Under the pieces are notes generated by a model. It saw only the letters and a list, made by a program, of their open reading frames with translations. It did not search any database and had not been told where the DNA came from. Below, in pieces: positions 19,360 through 28,113 of a stretch of 64,000 nt of DNA; the stretch's first letter is position 1, and each line of letters opens with the position of its first letter. Source of the stretch: Lachnospiraceae bacterium (GTDB taxonomy: Bacteria; Bacillota; Clostridia; Lachnospirales; Lachnospiraceae); NCBI GenBank assembly GCA_024403415.1, contig JAKSRY010000004.1, forward strand, positions 26,536 to 90,535, written 5' to 3'. Made by a program: the position numbers and the translations under genes.

Positions 19360-20250
19360 ATGAAGAAGAACATTTGGAAATATATATATGAATATTCACT
19401 GGTAATTTTTGGTTCCATGGTTGCTGCTTTTGCAATCGAGGAATTTCTTGTGCCTAATACAATTCTTGACGGAGGAGTAGTAGGTGTGAGTATTATGATT
19501 AATGCTTTGTCAGGATTTACTCTTGGTTTGTTAACATTGATTATAAATATTCCGTTTCTACTTATTGGGCTTAAGAAATTAGGAAAAGAATTCATTATAA
19601 AATCAGCTGTTGCAATGGCTTTTTTCTCAATCTTTCTTGAGCAGTTTGAAAGCTGGGGCAATGCGACGGAGGAAACTCTTCTTGCAGTTGTCTTTGGTGG
19701 TACGGTTCTTGGAATCGGTGTAGGAATTGTAATTAAATTTGGCGGATGTCTTGATGGAACAGAAACTGTAGCTATTATGCTAAATAAAAAGTTCAGATGG
19801 CCTGTTGGTCAGACTGTTCTTATCTTTAACATTGTCATATACAGTATTGCAGCTATTTTGTTTGGAAGAGACAGGGCAATGTTCTCATTACTTACATACT
19901 TTATAGCTTCCAAGGTAATTGATATCGTTGAAGAAGGCTTTAATAAGGCAAAGGCCGCCATGATTATTACTAATGAATGTGAAGAAATTGCGAGTGCAAT
20001 CTATCATAAATTAGGTCGTACAGTTACAATTCTTGAAGGTGAAGGCCTTATAAGTGGTAAAAAGGTTGTTCTTTATTGTGTATTAAACAAGTTCGAAGTA
20101 AAAGAATTACGTAATATAATAGATTCTGTTGACAGTTCAGCGTTCATAGCAATTTCAGACGTTGAAGAAATAATAGGTAAGCATATTAAAAAATCAGATG
20201 GAAATACAGCACTGGGTGTAAATAATGAGCAACAGATTCCAAAGAACTGA
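19360..20250 (+). CDS. YitT-family membrane protein (DUF161 repeats + DUF2179 C-terminal domain)
   Basis: Typical YitT N-terminus KYIYEYSLVIFGSMVAAFAIEEFLVPNTILDGGVVGVSI and a soluble C-terminal domain. ATG at 19360 preferred. Confidence 0.75.
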   Translation: MKKNIWKYIYEYSLVIFGSMVAAFAIEEFLVPNTILDGGVVGVSIMINALSGFTLGLLTLIINIPFLLIGLKKLGKEFIIKSAVAMAFFSIFLEQFESWGNATEETLLAVVFGGTVLGIGVGIVIKFGGCLDGTETVAIMLNKKFRWPVGQTVLIFNIVIYSIAAILFGRDRAMFSLLTYFIASKVIDIVEEGFNKAKAAMIITNECEEIASAIYHKLGRTVTILEGEGLISGKKVVLYCVLNKFEVKELRNIIDSVDSSAFIAISDVEEIIGKHIKKSDGNTALGVNNEQQIPKN

Positions 20251-20950
20251 AACGCTGATAGGCGAAGATAAATTTAATAAGCTTGTAAATGCCAAAGTGA
20301 TTGTATTCGGAATTGGTGGAGTTGGAAGTTATGTGGTAGAAGCACTGGCAAGGGCAGGAGTTGGAACCATTGCTCTTGTTGATAAAGATATTGTTGATGA
20401 AACAAATATAAACAGGCAGCTTATAGCACTTTCTTCCACAATAGGTAAATTAAAAACGAAGATAGCTTCCGAAAGAATAAAAGATATTAATCCGGATTGT
20501 AAAGTAATTACTTATCCGCTTTTCTATCTGCCGGAGACAGCAGAAGAGATTAATCTTTCGGAATATGATTATATTGTTGATGCAATAGACAATGTTACAG
20601 CCAAGATACTTCTTGTTACTGAGGCAAAAAGAAACAATATTCCAATTATCAGTTCAATGGGAACCGGAAACAAGCTTGATCCCACAGGATTTATGGTGGC
20701 AGATATATATGAGACCTCGGTTTGTCCGCTTGCGAAAGTAATGCGAAAGGAATTAAGAAACAGGGGAGTAGAGAGCTTAAAGGTTGTCTATTCAAAGGAA
20801 GAGCCGGTACATCCGGGCTTCAGCGTGGAAACCGAAAACTTAATTGCGTCAAGACGTCCTGCGCCACAATCCATTTCTTTTGTTCCGCCGGTTGCAGGAT
20901 TAATAATAGCCAGTGAGGTTATTAAAGATATAGCTGGAATTAACAGATAA
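20225..20950 (+). CDS. tcdA: tRNA threonylcarbamoyladenosine dehydratase (ThiF/E1-like)
   Basis: VIVFGIGGVGSYVVEALARAGVGTIALVDKDIVDETNINRQ Rossmann/E1 motif and conserved VCPLAKVMR. Confidence 0.8.
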   Translation: MSNRFQRTETLIGEDKFNKLVNAKVIVFGIGGVGSYVVEALARAGVGTIALVDKDIVDETNINRQLIALSSTIGKLKTKIASERIKDINPDCKVITYPLFYLPETAEEINLSEYDYIVDAIDNVTAKILLVTEAKRNNIPIISSMGTGNKLDPTGFMVADIYETSVCPLAKVMRKELRNRGVESLKVVYSKEEPVHPGFSVETENLIASRRPAPQSISFVPPVAGLIIASEVIKDIAGINR

Positions 20951-20986
20951 TTATTTGAGAATTATTTTATGTGAGGTTATGTGATA

Positions 20987-21493
20987 ATGGATACTAATAA
21001 TTTTAATGATCAGCAGAATGTTAATCTGAATATGCAAACGGAAAGTATTCCAAATATACAGCAAATTGCAAATCCTAATGCAGATCTTAATACAATTGCT
21101 GCCATGCTGCAGGATATTCAGGAAAATGAGAAGAAACAGACAAAATATGCCAAGAGAAGAAGCATTATGTCTTTTGTAGTTTCAATTTTCAGTATTGCCC
21201 TGATTGCTTTAATTGGTTTTTACGTTCTTAAGACCATGCCTGAAGTCAATAAAATTGTAAACAAGACAGAAACAACCATAGATGATGTGTCAGATATGCT
21301 TGTTGATGCATCTTCAGCTATTAAGAATCTGAATAATATATCAAAAGATCTTTCAAAGGTTGATATGGATGAATTATTTACAAATGTATCTGAAGCAGTT
21401 AAAAAGCTTGAATCAATAGATTTTGAAGGACTTAATACAGCTATAGGAGATTTGGGCGCGGTTATAGCACCGCTTGCGCGATTTTTTAAATAA
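20987..21493 (+). CDS. Hypothetical single-pass membrane protein with Q/N-rich N-terminus
   Basis: 168-170 aa. TM SFVVSIFSIALIALIGFYVL followed by a helical extracytoplasmic region. No family recognised. Start is either GTG 20981 or ATG 20987. Confidence 0.45.
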   Translation: MDTNNFNDQQNVNLNMQTESIPNIQQIANPNADLNTIAAMLQDIQENEKKQTKYAKRRSIMSFVVSIFSIALIALIGFYVLKTMPEVNKIVNKTETTIDDVSDMLVDASSAIKNLNNISKDLSKVDMDELFTNVSEAVKKLESIDFEGLNTAIGDLGAVIAPLARFFK

Positions 21494-21496
21494 AAT

Positions 21497-22459
21497 ATGA
21501 AAATAGTAATACTTGAAAGAAACAGTGTAGGTACAGATGTATCTATGGATGCAATAATGGCTTTAGGTGATGTCACAGCCTATGAAAATACAAGTACACC
21601 CGAAGAAGTGGTGGAACGAGTTAAAGATGCTGATATTATTATTGCCAATAAGTCACCATTAAATGAAAATACTCTAAGTGAGGCACATAATGTTAAGCTG
21701 ATATGTGAATTTGCAACAGGTTTTGATAATGTTGACATTTCATATTGCAGAAAAAGAAATATAAAAGTATCAAATGTAGTTGATTATTCTACAGATGCGG
21801 TTGCACAGCATACTTTTGCTCTTTTATTCTACGTTCTTGAGAAGTTGAAGCATTACGATGAATATGTTAAGGGTGGTGAGTATGCTTCTCAGACAAAATT
21901 TTCAAACTTTGACTTACCTTTTTGCGAAATAGCAGGAAAAACCTGGGGAATAATAGGAATGGGTAATATCGGGCAGAAGGTTGCTAAAATAGCCAAAGCC
22001 TTTGGGTGCAGGGTCATTTTTCATTCTATTACAGGAAAATCCAAGGTTAGCGAATATGAACAGGTTGATTTTGAAGAACTTTTGGCAAAATCAGATATTC
22101 TTTCACTTCATTGTCCGTTAAGTGACTTATCCAGGGGACTGATTAATTCAGAAAGCTTGTCAAAAATGAAGAAAACGGCTGTATTAATTAATGTCGCAAG
22201 GGGTGCCATAGTTAATGATGCAGATCTGGCAGAGGCATTGAATAATAATATAATTGCAGCTGCAGGACTGGATGTAACAGGTACAGAGCCGATGAGAAAT
22301 GAGAATCCTTTAAGTAAAATAATGGATTCAAACCGGCTTATCATAACCCCGCATCTTGGATGGGCTTCAACTGAAGCAAGAAACAGATGTGTAAGTGAAA
22401 CAGTGAAAAATATTAAAGCATTTCAGGAAGGTACAGGAAGGAATTACGTATGGGTATAG
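21497..22459 (+). CDS. D-isomer-specific 2-hydroxyacid dehydrogenase (glycerate/hydroxypyruvate reductase-like)
   Basis: NAD fold GIIGMGNIGQKVAKIAKAFGCRV, NVARGAIVN, catalytic-His region TPHLGWAS. Confidence 0.85.
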   Translation: MKIVILERNSVGTDVSMDAIMALGDVTAYENTSTPEEVVERVKDADIIIANKSPLNENTLSEAHNVKLICEFATGFDNVDISYCRKRNIKVSNVVDYSTDAVAQHTFALLFYVLEKLKHYDEYVKGGEYASQTKFSNFDLPFCEIAGKTWGIIGMGNIGQKVAKIAKAFGCRVIFHSITGKSKVSEYEQVDFEELLAKSDILSLHCPLSDLSRGLINSESLSKMKKTAVLINVARGAIVNDADLAEALNNNIIAAAGLDVTGTEPMRNENPLSKIMDSNRLIITPHLGWASTEARNRCVSETVKNIKAFQEGTGRNYVWV

Positions 22460-23745
22460 CTATTAAAAATGTTCTTGCAGTAATCAATAATGCAGGAAAG
22501 AATGAAGTAAAAAAGACTTCTATATTTATAGAAGGAGACAAAATAGTAGCACTTAATGACAAGCCGGAAGGTTTTGTCGAGGATAAGGTTATCGACAGGG
22601 AAAATCTTCTTGTTATACCGGGACTGATTAACTGTCATACTCACTCATATATGTCTTTTATGAGAAATGTTGCTGATGATTTAAGTTTTATGGACTGGTT
22701 ATTTGGAACAATCGATCCTATAGAGCAGCAGATGACAGATGAAGATACATATTGGGGAGCATGTCTTGCAATTATTGAAATGATGAAATCAGGAACAACA
22801 TGCTTTAATGATATGATGATGAATATCAAGCAGACCACAAGAGCCATTAAGGAATCCGGAATGAGAGCTGTTATGTGTCGTGGACTTGTCGGAACAGCTG
22901 AGGATGATGGAGGAAGAATTGCACAGACTTATGAGGAAATGGAGTTCTGTAAGGATTGTGACAGAATAACCTTTAAGTTTGGACCTCATGCACCTTATAC
23001 CTGTTCAGAGGATTATTTTAGAAAAGTATCCGATGAAGCAAAAAAGGCAGGAATCGGTATTCATGTACATCTTTCTGAATCTGTAAGTGAAATCGAAGGT
23101 ACAAAGGAAAAATATAACTGTTCACCTATTGAGATGGCAGATAAAAATGGTTTATTTGATGTTCCATGTATTGCTGCACACTGTGTACAGATTGATGACA
23201 AGGATATGGATATTCTGGCTTCAAAAAATGTTTCGGTTGTATCAAATCCGGCAAGTAATATGAAGCTTGGAAATGGATTTGCTCCTGTTCCCGAGATGCT
23301 TGAAAAGGGAATTAATGTATGTCTTGGAACAGATGGTGCTGCTTCAAACAATTCGCTTAATATGTTCCACGAAATGAGCCTTATGGCACTTATTCATAAA
23401 GGAACTCATAAGACTCCTCAGTGCGTGGGTGCAAATGAAGTCTTTAATATGGCAACAATTAATGGAGCTAAAGCACTTGGTCTTGAAAAGGAAATTGGAT
23501 CAATAGAGATTGGAAAGAAGGCAGATCTTGCAATTCTTGATCTTAATAATCCTTCTTTAATGCCTAAGAATAACCTTCTTGCAGGTCTTTCATATTCTGC
23601 GAACGGTTCAGAGGTTGATACTGTAATTATTGATGGTGTTGTTACCATGGAGGGAAGACAGGTTCTTACAATGGATGAAAATCTTGTATATGACAAGGTT
23701 AATGAGATCATAGCCCGTATGGGTTTAGATAAAAAGGAGTATTAA
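22450..23745 (+). CDS. mtaD: Amidohydrolase of the MtaD/TM0936 type (5-methylthioadenosine / S-adenosylhomocysteine deaminase)
   Basis: LINCHTHSYMS (HxH), HVHLSES, CLGTDGAASNNSLNM, ADLAILD. AGGAAGG SD. Overlaps the upstream gene by 10 nt. Confidence 0.8.
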   Translation: MGIAIKNVLAVINNAGKNEVKKTSIFIEGDKIVALNDKPEGFVEDKVIDRENLLVIPGLINCHTHSYMSFMRNVADDLSFMDWLFGTIDPIEQQMTDEDTYWGACLAIIEMMKSGTTCFNDMMMNIKQTTRAIKESGMRAVMCRGLVGTAEDDGGRIAQTYEEMEFCKDCDRITFKFGPHAPYTCSEDYFRKVSDEAKKAGIGIHVHLSESVSEIEGTKEKYNCSPIEMADKNGLFDVPCIAAHCVQIDDKDMDILASKNVSVVSNPASNMKLGNGFAPVPEMLEKGINVCLGTDGAASNNSLNMFHEMSLMALIHKGTHKTPQCVGANEVFNMATINGAKALGLEKEIGSIEIGKKADLAILDLNNPSLMPKNNLLAGLSYSANGSEVDTVIIDGVVTMEGRQVLTMDENLVYDKVNEIIARMGLDKKEY

Positions 23746-23822
23746 TTAATATTTCGGGATGATAGGACAGACGACCATCCTTAAAAATTCGGCTGGAATA
23801 ATCAAACTTGGAGGAAAAAAAT

Positions 23823-25076
23823 ATGGCAAGTGAAATCAGAGATTTGAATCTGGCTGAATCTGGAGAAAGAAAGCTGGAATGGGTTAAGAGAAATTGTGAT
23901 CTCTTAAGAACTCTCGAAGAGGAATTTTCAAAAACAAAGCCCTTTGCGGGTAAGAAGGTAGCACTTTCAGTGCACCTTGAAGCAAAGACAGGATATCTTT
24001 GTCTTGTACTGGCAGCAGGTGGAGCCGAAATGTATGTTACGGGATCAAATCCGCTTTCAACACAGGATGATGTTGCAGCTGCTCTTGTTAAGGCAGGACT
24101 TGAAGTACATGCATGGTATGATGCAACTCCCGACGAGTATAATATGCATATTCGTCATACACTTGAAGCCGGCCCCAATATTATTATTGATGATGGCGGA
24201 GATCTTGTTAATATGATTCATAACGAGATGCCTCATCTTATTCCAAACATCATCGGTGGATGTGAGGAAACGACAACAGGTATTATAAGACTTGAAGCCA
24301 TGAACAATGCAGGAAAGCTTATGTTCCCTATGGTTAGAGTTAATAATGCTGACTGTAAGCATCTTTTTGATAACAGATATGGTACAGGCCAGTCAGTATG
24401 GGATGGAATTAACAGAACTACAAACCTCATTGTTGCAGGCAAGATTGTTGTTGTTGCAGGTTATGGCTGGTGTGGTAAGGGAACTGCCATGAGAGCTAAA
24501 GGTCTTGGTGCAAGAGTTATCGTTACAGAGGTTGATCCGATTAAGGCTATTGAGGCAGTAATGGATGGATTCGATGTAATGCCTATGAATGAAGCAGCCA
24601 AGGTTGGTGATTTCTTCGTAACAGTAACAGGCTGTGATGGTGTAATTGATAAAGAGGACTTTGCTGTTATGAAAGAAGGAGCTATCCTTTGTAATGCAGG
24701 TCACTTTGATTGTGAAATAGATATGGCATGGCTTAAAGCAAATGCTGTAGAAAAGCGTGAGCAGAGAAAGAATATTATGGGTTACAAGCTTCCGACAGGT
24801 CAGTGGATATTTGTTCTTGCAGAAGGAAGACTTGTAAATCTTGCAGCAGGTGACGGACATCCCGCAGAGATTATGGACATGAGTTTTGCAATTCAGGCTC
24901 TTTCAGCAAAATATCTTGTTGAGCATGCATCAGAACTTAAGGAAAAGCTTATTGATGTTCCAAAAGAGGTAGATAATGATGTTGCGGTAAGAAAGTTAAG
25001 ATTTCTTGGAAAGGAAATTGATGTTCTTACACCTGAACAGGAAAAATATTTACATAGTTATAACATTGAACAGTAA
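23823..25076 (+). CDS. ahcY: Adenosylhomocysteinase, short (archaeal/Firmicute) form, 417 aa
   Basis: GSNPLSTQDDVAAAL, NAD motif VVVAGYGWCGKGTAMRAKGLGARVIVTEVDP, NAGHFDCEID, LAEGRLVNLA. GGAGG lies 7 nt before the ATG at 23823. Confidence 0.93.
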   Translation: MASEIRDLNLAESGERKLEWVKRNCDLLRTLEEEFSKTKPFAGKKVALSVHLEAKTGYLCLVLAAGGAEMYVTGSNPLSTQDDVAAALVKAGLEVHAWYDATPDEYNMHIRHTLEAGPNIIIDDGGDLVNMIHNEMPHLIPNIIGGCEETTTGIIRLEAMNNAGKLMFPMVRVNNADCKHLFDNRYGTGQSVWDGINRTTNLIVAGKIVVVAGYGWCGKGTAMRAKGLGARVIVTEVDPIKAIEAVMDGFDVMPMNEAAKVGDFFVTVTGCDGVIDKEDFAVMKEGAILCNAGHFDCEIDMAWLKANAVEKREQRKNIMGYKLPTGQWIFVLAEGRLVNLAAGDGHPAEIMDMSFAIQALSAKYLVEHASELKEKLIDVPKEVDNDVAVRKLRFLGKEIDVLTPEQEKYLHSYNIEQ

Positions 25077-25110
25077 AATCGAAGATACATACAGTGTTGT
25101 AAGATATGAA

Positions 25111-25136
25111 AAAGGCCCCGATAATTCGGGGCCTTT
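25111..25136. terminator. Bidirectional intrinsic terminator between convergent ahcY and the STAS gene
   Basis: AAAGGCCCCG-ATAATT-CGGGGCCTTT, a perfect 10-bp stem flanked by A-rich and T-rich runs. Confidence 0.75.
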
Positions 25137-25162
25137 AATAATATCAAAATATAAAAAACAAA

Positions 25163-25459
25163 TTATTCAATGGTTAAGATATCACAAAATCCGGTAACAT
25201 CAAGAATTTCCATTATTTCAGAGTTAACATTGGATACTACCATGTGACCCTGCTTATTCATAACTTTCTGCATTGAAAGAATAACTCTGAGTCCTGCTGA
25301 AGAAACATACTCAAGATTAGCCATATCAAGCTTAAGATTAGTGATTCCATCAAGTGAATCTTTTGCAACAGCCTCAAGTTCGGGAGCTGTTGTTGTATCA
25401 AGACGTCCACCGATTGCAATTGTCAATTCAGAACCATTGAGATTTTTATCTATAGTCAT
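25163..25459 (-). CDS. STAS-domain protein (SpoIIAA/RsbV-like anti-sigma-factor antagonist), orphan
   Basis: LEYVSSAGLRVIL phosphorylatable-Ser motif, about 98 aa. AGGAGG lies 9 nt upstream of the ATG at 25459 (track start 25480 contains the SD itself). Confidence 0.75.
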   Translation of the reverse strand: MTIDKNLNGSELTIAIGGRLDTTTAPELEAVAKDSLDGITNLKLDMANLEYVSSAGLRVILSMQKVMNKQGHMVVSNVNSEIMEILDVTGFCDILTIE

Positions 25460-25584
25460 ATCATAAATCCTCCTTGCCATTTAAGAAAAGAATAGCACAA
25501 ATAATTTAAAAATGCCATAAAAACGTAGATTATTGTATTTGTTTTAATTGAATATTATAAAAATAAATGTCATAATCTCCATCA

Positions 25585-26850
25585 TTAAGCCTTATGTCCG
25601 CCTATTTGATTATTTCTTTCAATAGTGGTCGCTTCTTCGTGAAGATTCATACCTTTCAAAATAGAGTTTTTACCATACTTTTCTTTAACCTTCAGAACAG
25701 CTTCCTGTATTTTATGATTTTTTTCTTCCAGCATCCGTGCTTCATTTGTATCAAAAATGGATAACTGTTTATAACCATCAGCGATTATGGAGTTTGCGGA
25801 TATATTAATTCTTCTCACAGGATAGGCTTCGTCAACAATTCTGTTATAGAGTTCTACCATTTTGGGAATAAGAACAACATCTGCATTTGTTTCATTAAGC
25901 AGGGAGAAAGATCCATGAACCGGTTCTTCGGGAATGTAGTTTGAATAGCCTACATACAGGGAATAGGATTTTGATACCACATTCTTTTGAACCATTTCAA
26001 GGCATAGTAAATCCATCATCTCTTTAATGATGAGCTCCCCTTCTTTAAATGAGTAATCTCTTGGAAGGACCTGACCATTGCTTAAGGAATTAGTTGATGG
26101 TTTATACATTTTTATATCCTGTATGGTTACGGTCTCGATGCCCTTTGAATGATCGATGAGCAGTTCAGCATCTATTCCAAACAATTTGTATAACAGGTCT
26201 TCATCTGCATTTGCAATGTCTTTCATTGTATATATGCCATAGGAATTAAGCTTCTTTTCTGTTTTTGAACCGATTTTCCAAAAGTCTTTGAGAGGTCGAT
26301 GGTTCCAAAGTGTTTTTTTATAAGTTTCTTCATCCAGTTCCCCTATGAAATCCGGAGAATGTTTAGCGCTTATATCAAGAGCTATCTTTGTAAGATATAA
26401 ATTGGTTCCTATTCCACAGGTTGCACGGATATGAAGCTTTTCGTATATTTCGGATATTATGGCCTTTCCGAGTTCTCTGGCTGTCATTTTATATAAGCTC
26501 AGATATTCGGTTACATCCATAAAAGCCTCATCTATTGAATAAACATGAATATCGTCTTTGGATATATATTTGAGATATATTCTGTATATTTCTGCTGCAT
26601 AATTAATATACAGCTGCATTCTTGGCGGAGCTGCTATATATTCAATATTTTTCGGAATTTCAAAAACTCTGCAGCGTGAGCTTATACCCATAGCCTTCAT
26701 GGGTGGAGTAATAGCAAGACATATGGTCTTTTCGGATCTTGATAAATCGGCCACTATTAAGTTGGTTTTCATGGCATCAAGTCCGCGTTCGGCGCATTCA
26801 ACCGATGCGTAAAAGGACTTGAGGTCAATACATATATATTTGCGCTCCAT
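25585..26850 (-). CDS. Y-family DNA polymerase (YqjW/UvrX/ImpB-MucB-like)
   Basis: N-terminus YICIDLKSFYASVECAERGLD, catalytic SIDEAFMDVTE, little-finger-sized C-terminus. No SD upstream. Confidence 0.85.
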   Translation of the reverse strand: MERKYICIDLKSFYASVECAERGLDAMKTNLIVADLSRSEKTICLAITPPMKAMGISSRCRVFEIPKNIEYIAAPPRMQLYINYAAEIYRIYLKYISKDDIHVYSIDEAFMDVTEYLSLYKMTARELGKAIISEIYEKLHIRATCGIGTNLYLTKIALDISAKHSPDFIGELDEETYKKTLWNHRPLKDFWKIGSKTEKKLNSYGIYTMKDIANADEDLLYKLFGIDAELLIDHSKGIETVTIQDIKMYKPSTNSLSNGQVLPRDYSFKEGELIIKEMMDLLCLEMVQKNVVSKSYSLYVGYSNYIPEEPVHGSFSLLNETNADVVLIPKMVELYNRIVDEAYPVRRINISANSIIADGYKQLSIFDTNEARMLEEKNHKIQEAVLKVKEKYGKNSILKGMNLHEEATTIERNNQIGGHKA

Positions 26851-26858
26851 AATGTATC

Positions 26859-26867
26859 ATTATAGCA
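26859..26867 (-). promoter_or_regulatory. Extended -10 promoter element (TGcTATAAT) for the 25585-26850 Y-family polymerase gene
   Basis: The minus strand reads TGCTATAAT, then 8 nt, then ATG. No SD, so a leaderless transcript is predicted. Confidence 0.45.
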
Positions 26868-26879
26868 AACGTGTGTTCA
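26866..26879. promoter_or_regulatory. Candidate LexA (SOS/Cheo) box shared by the two divergent Y-family polymerase genes
   Basis: Core AAACGTGTGTTC at 26867-26878 reads GAACACACGTTT on the minus strand. This is the GAAC-N4-GTTT form reported for clostridial LexA operators. It sits between the two back-to-back -10 elements. Confidence 0.55.
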
Positions 26880-26883
26880 GTTA

Positions 26884-26892
26884 TGCTATACT
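26884..26892 (+). promoter_or_regulatory. Extended -10 promoter element (TGcTATACT) for dinB
   Basis: TGCTATACT, then ATTTTT, then ATG at 26899. No SD. Confidence 0.45.
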
Positions 26893-26898
26893 ATTTTT

Positions 26899-28095
26899 AT
26901 GAGTACTGACAGAGTGATTTTTCACGTAGATGTGAACAGTGCTTTCCTTTCATGGGAAGCAGTTGAAAACTTAAATAATGGTGGAACCGAGGATTACAGG
27001 CAGATGCTGGTGGCTGTCGGAGGAGATATTGAGAGTCGTCATGGTATTATTCTGGCAAAATCAATTCCGACAAAGCCTTATGGTGTGGTTACGGGTGAGC
27101 CGGTAGTAAATGCTCTCAAAAAATGCCCGAAGCTGCAGCTTCTAAAACCCCACAGAGATATATATTCAAAATATTCAAAGGCTTTGATGAATATATTAAG
27201 GGGATACACAGATAAAATTGAGCAGTTCAGTATAGATGAAGCATTTTTGGATATGACGGGTACAAGTCTTTTGTTTGGAAGTCCTGTTGAGGCAGCTGAC
27301 AGAATTCGGAATCAGGTTCGTGAAGAGCTGGGATTTACTGTTAATATCGGAATTTCAAATAATAAGCTTCTTGCAAAAATGGCTTCTGATTTTACCAAGC
27401 CTGACAGAACCCACACTTTGTTTCAGGATGAAATACAGACTAAAATGTGGCCACTTCCTGTAAATGACCTGTTTTTTGTAGGAAAAAGTTCGGCATTAAA
27501 GCTTAACAGCCTTGGAATCAGGACCATAGGAGATTTGGCGCGATTTGATAAAGATACACTGGTTGGCATTATGAAAAAGCATGGAGAAGCCATGTGGAAC
27601 AGCGCCAATGGCATTGATGACAGTGAAGTTGTTGATATTCCGTCAGATCCCAAGGGATATTCCAATGAAACAACAATTCCTTATGATATAACGGAAGCAA
27701 ATGAAGCTAAACAAATCCTTAGAACACTTACTGAGAAGGTTGCAAGAAGAGTAAGAGAGGATGGAGTAAGGGTGGAGTGTGTGGATGTGCATTTCAGATT
27801 TAATGATTTAACTCATGCCTCCAAGCAGTGTCAGCTTCCGGCAGCAACCAATATTACGGATGAACTGTATGAGAATGTTTGTAAGTTATTTGATGAAAAA
27901 TGGGATGGTACACCGATAAGGCTTCTTGGTGTAAGAGTGTCAAAAATTGCAGATACTAGTTTTAGACAGATGTCACTTTTTGACAATCGTAATTATGAGA
28001 AGCTTGAGAAACTGGATCAGGCACTTGATTCAATTAAAAATAAATATGGAAACAGTGCCATCAAAAGAGCTTCAAGCATCGAAACCACCAAATAA
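26899..28095 (+). CDS. dinB: DNA polymerase IV (Y-family, DinB/PolY1-like)
   Basis: VIFHVDVNSAFLSWEAV, SIDEAFLDMTG, GISNNKLLAKMASD, FFVGKSSALKLNSLGIRTIGDL (HhH). Confidence 0.88.
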   Translation: MSTDRVIFHVDVNSAFLSWEAVENLNNGGTEDYRQMLVAVGGDIESRHGIILAKSIPTKPYGVVTGEPVVNALKKCPKLQLLKPHRDIYSKYSKALMNILRGYTDKIEQFSIDEAFLDMTGTSLLFGSPVEAADRIRNQVREELGFTVNIGISNNKLLAKMASDFTKPDRTHTLFQDEIQTKMWPLPVNDLFFVGKSSALKLNSLGIRTIGDLARFDKDTLVGIMKKHGEAMWNSANGIDDSEVVDIPSDPKGYSNETTIPYDITEANEAKQILRTLTEKVARRVREDGVRVECVDVHFRFNDLTHASKQCQLPAATNITDELYENVCKLFDEKWDGTPIRLLGVRVSKIADTSFRQMSLFDNRNYEKLEKLDQALDSIKNKYGNSAIKRASSIETTK

Positions 28096-28113
28096 GGTAT
28101 ATAGGATACGGAA

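Noticed and set aside
19269-19661. 130-aa minus-strand ORF overlapping the pgi terminator and the start of the YitT gene
   Set aside because: It overlaps a clear YitT-family CDS and the terminator hairpin, and its translation has no recognisable features.
23746-23822. Possible SAH riboswitch upstream of ahcY
   Set aside because: The 77-nt gap contains only a 5-bp GGATG/CATCC hairpin. It lacks the GC-rich pseudoknotted core I associate with SAH riboswitches.
24393-24860. 155-aa ORF antisense to ahcY
   Set aside because: It lies entirely inside a strongly supported conserved CDS. Its translation is low-complexity (C/K/N/I-rich), with no SD and no recognisable family. This is a typical shadow ORF opposite a codon-biased gene.
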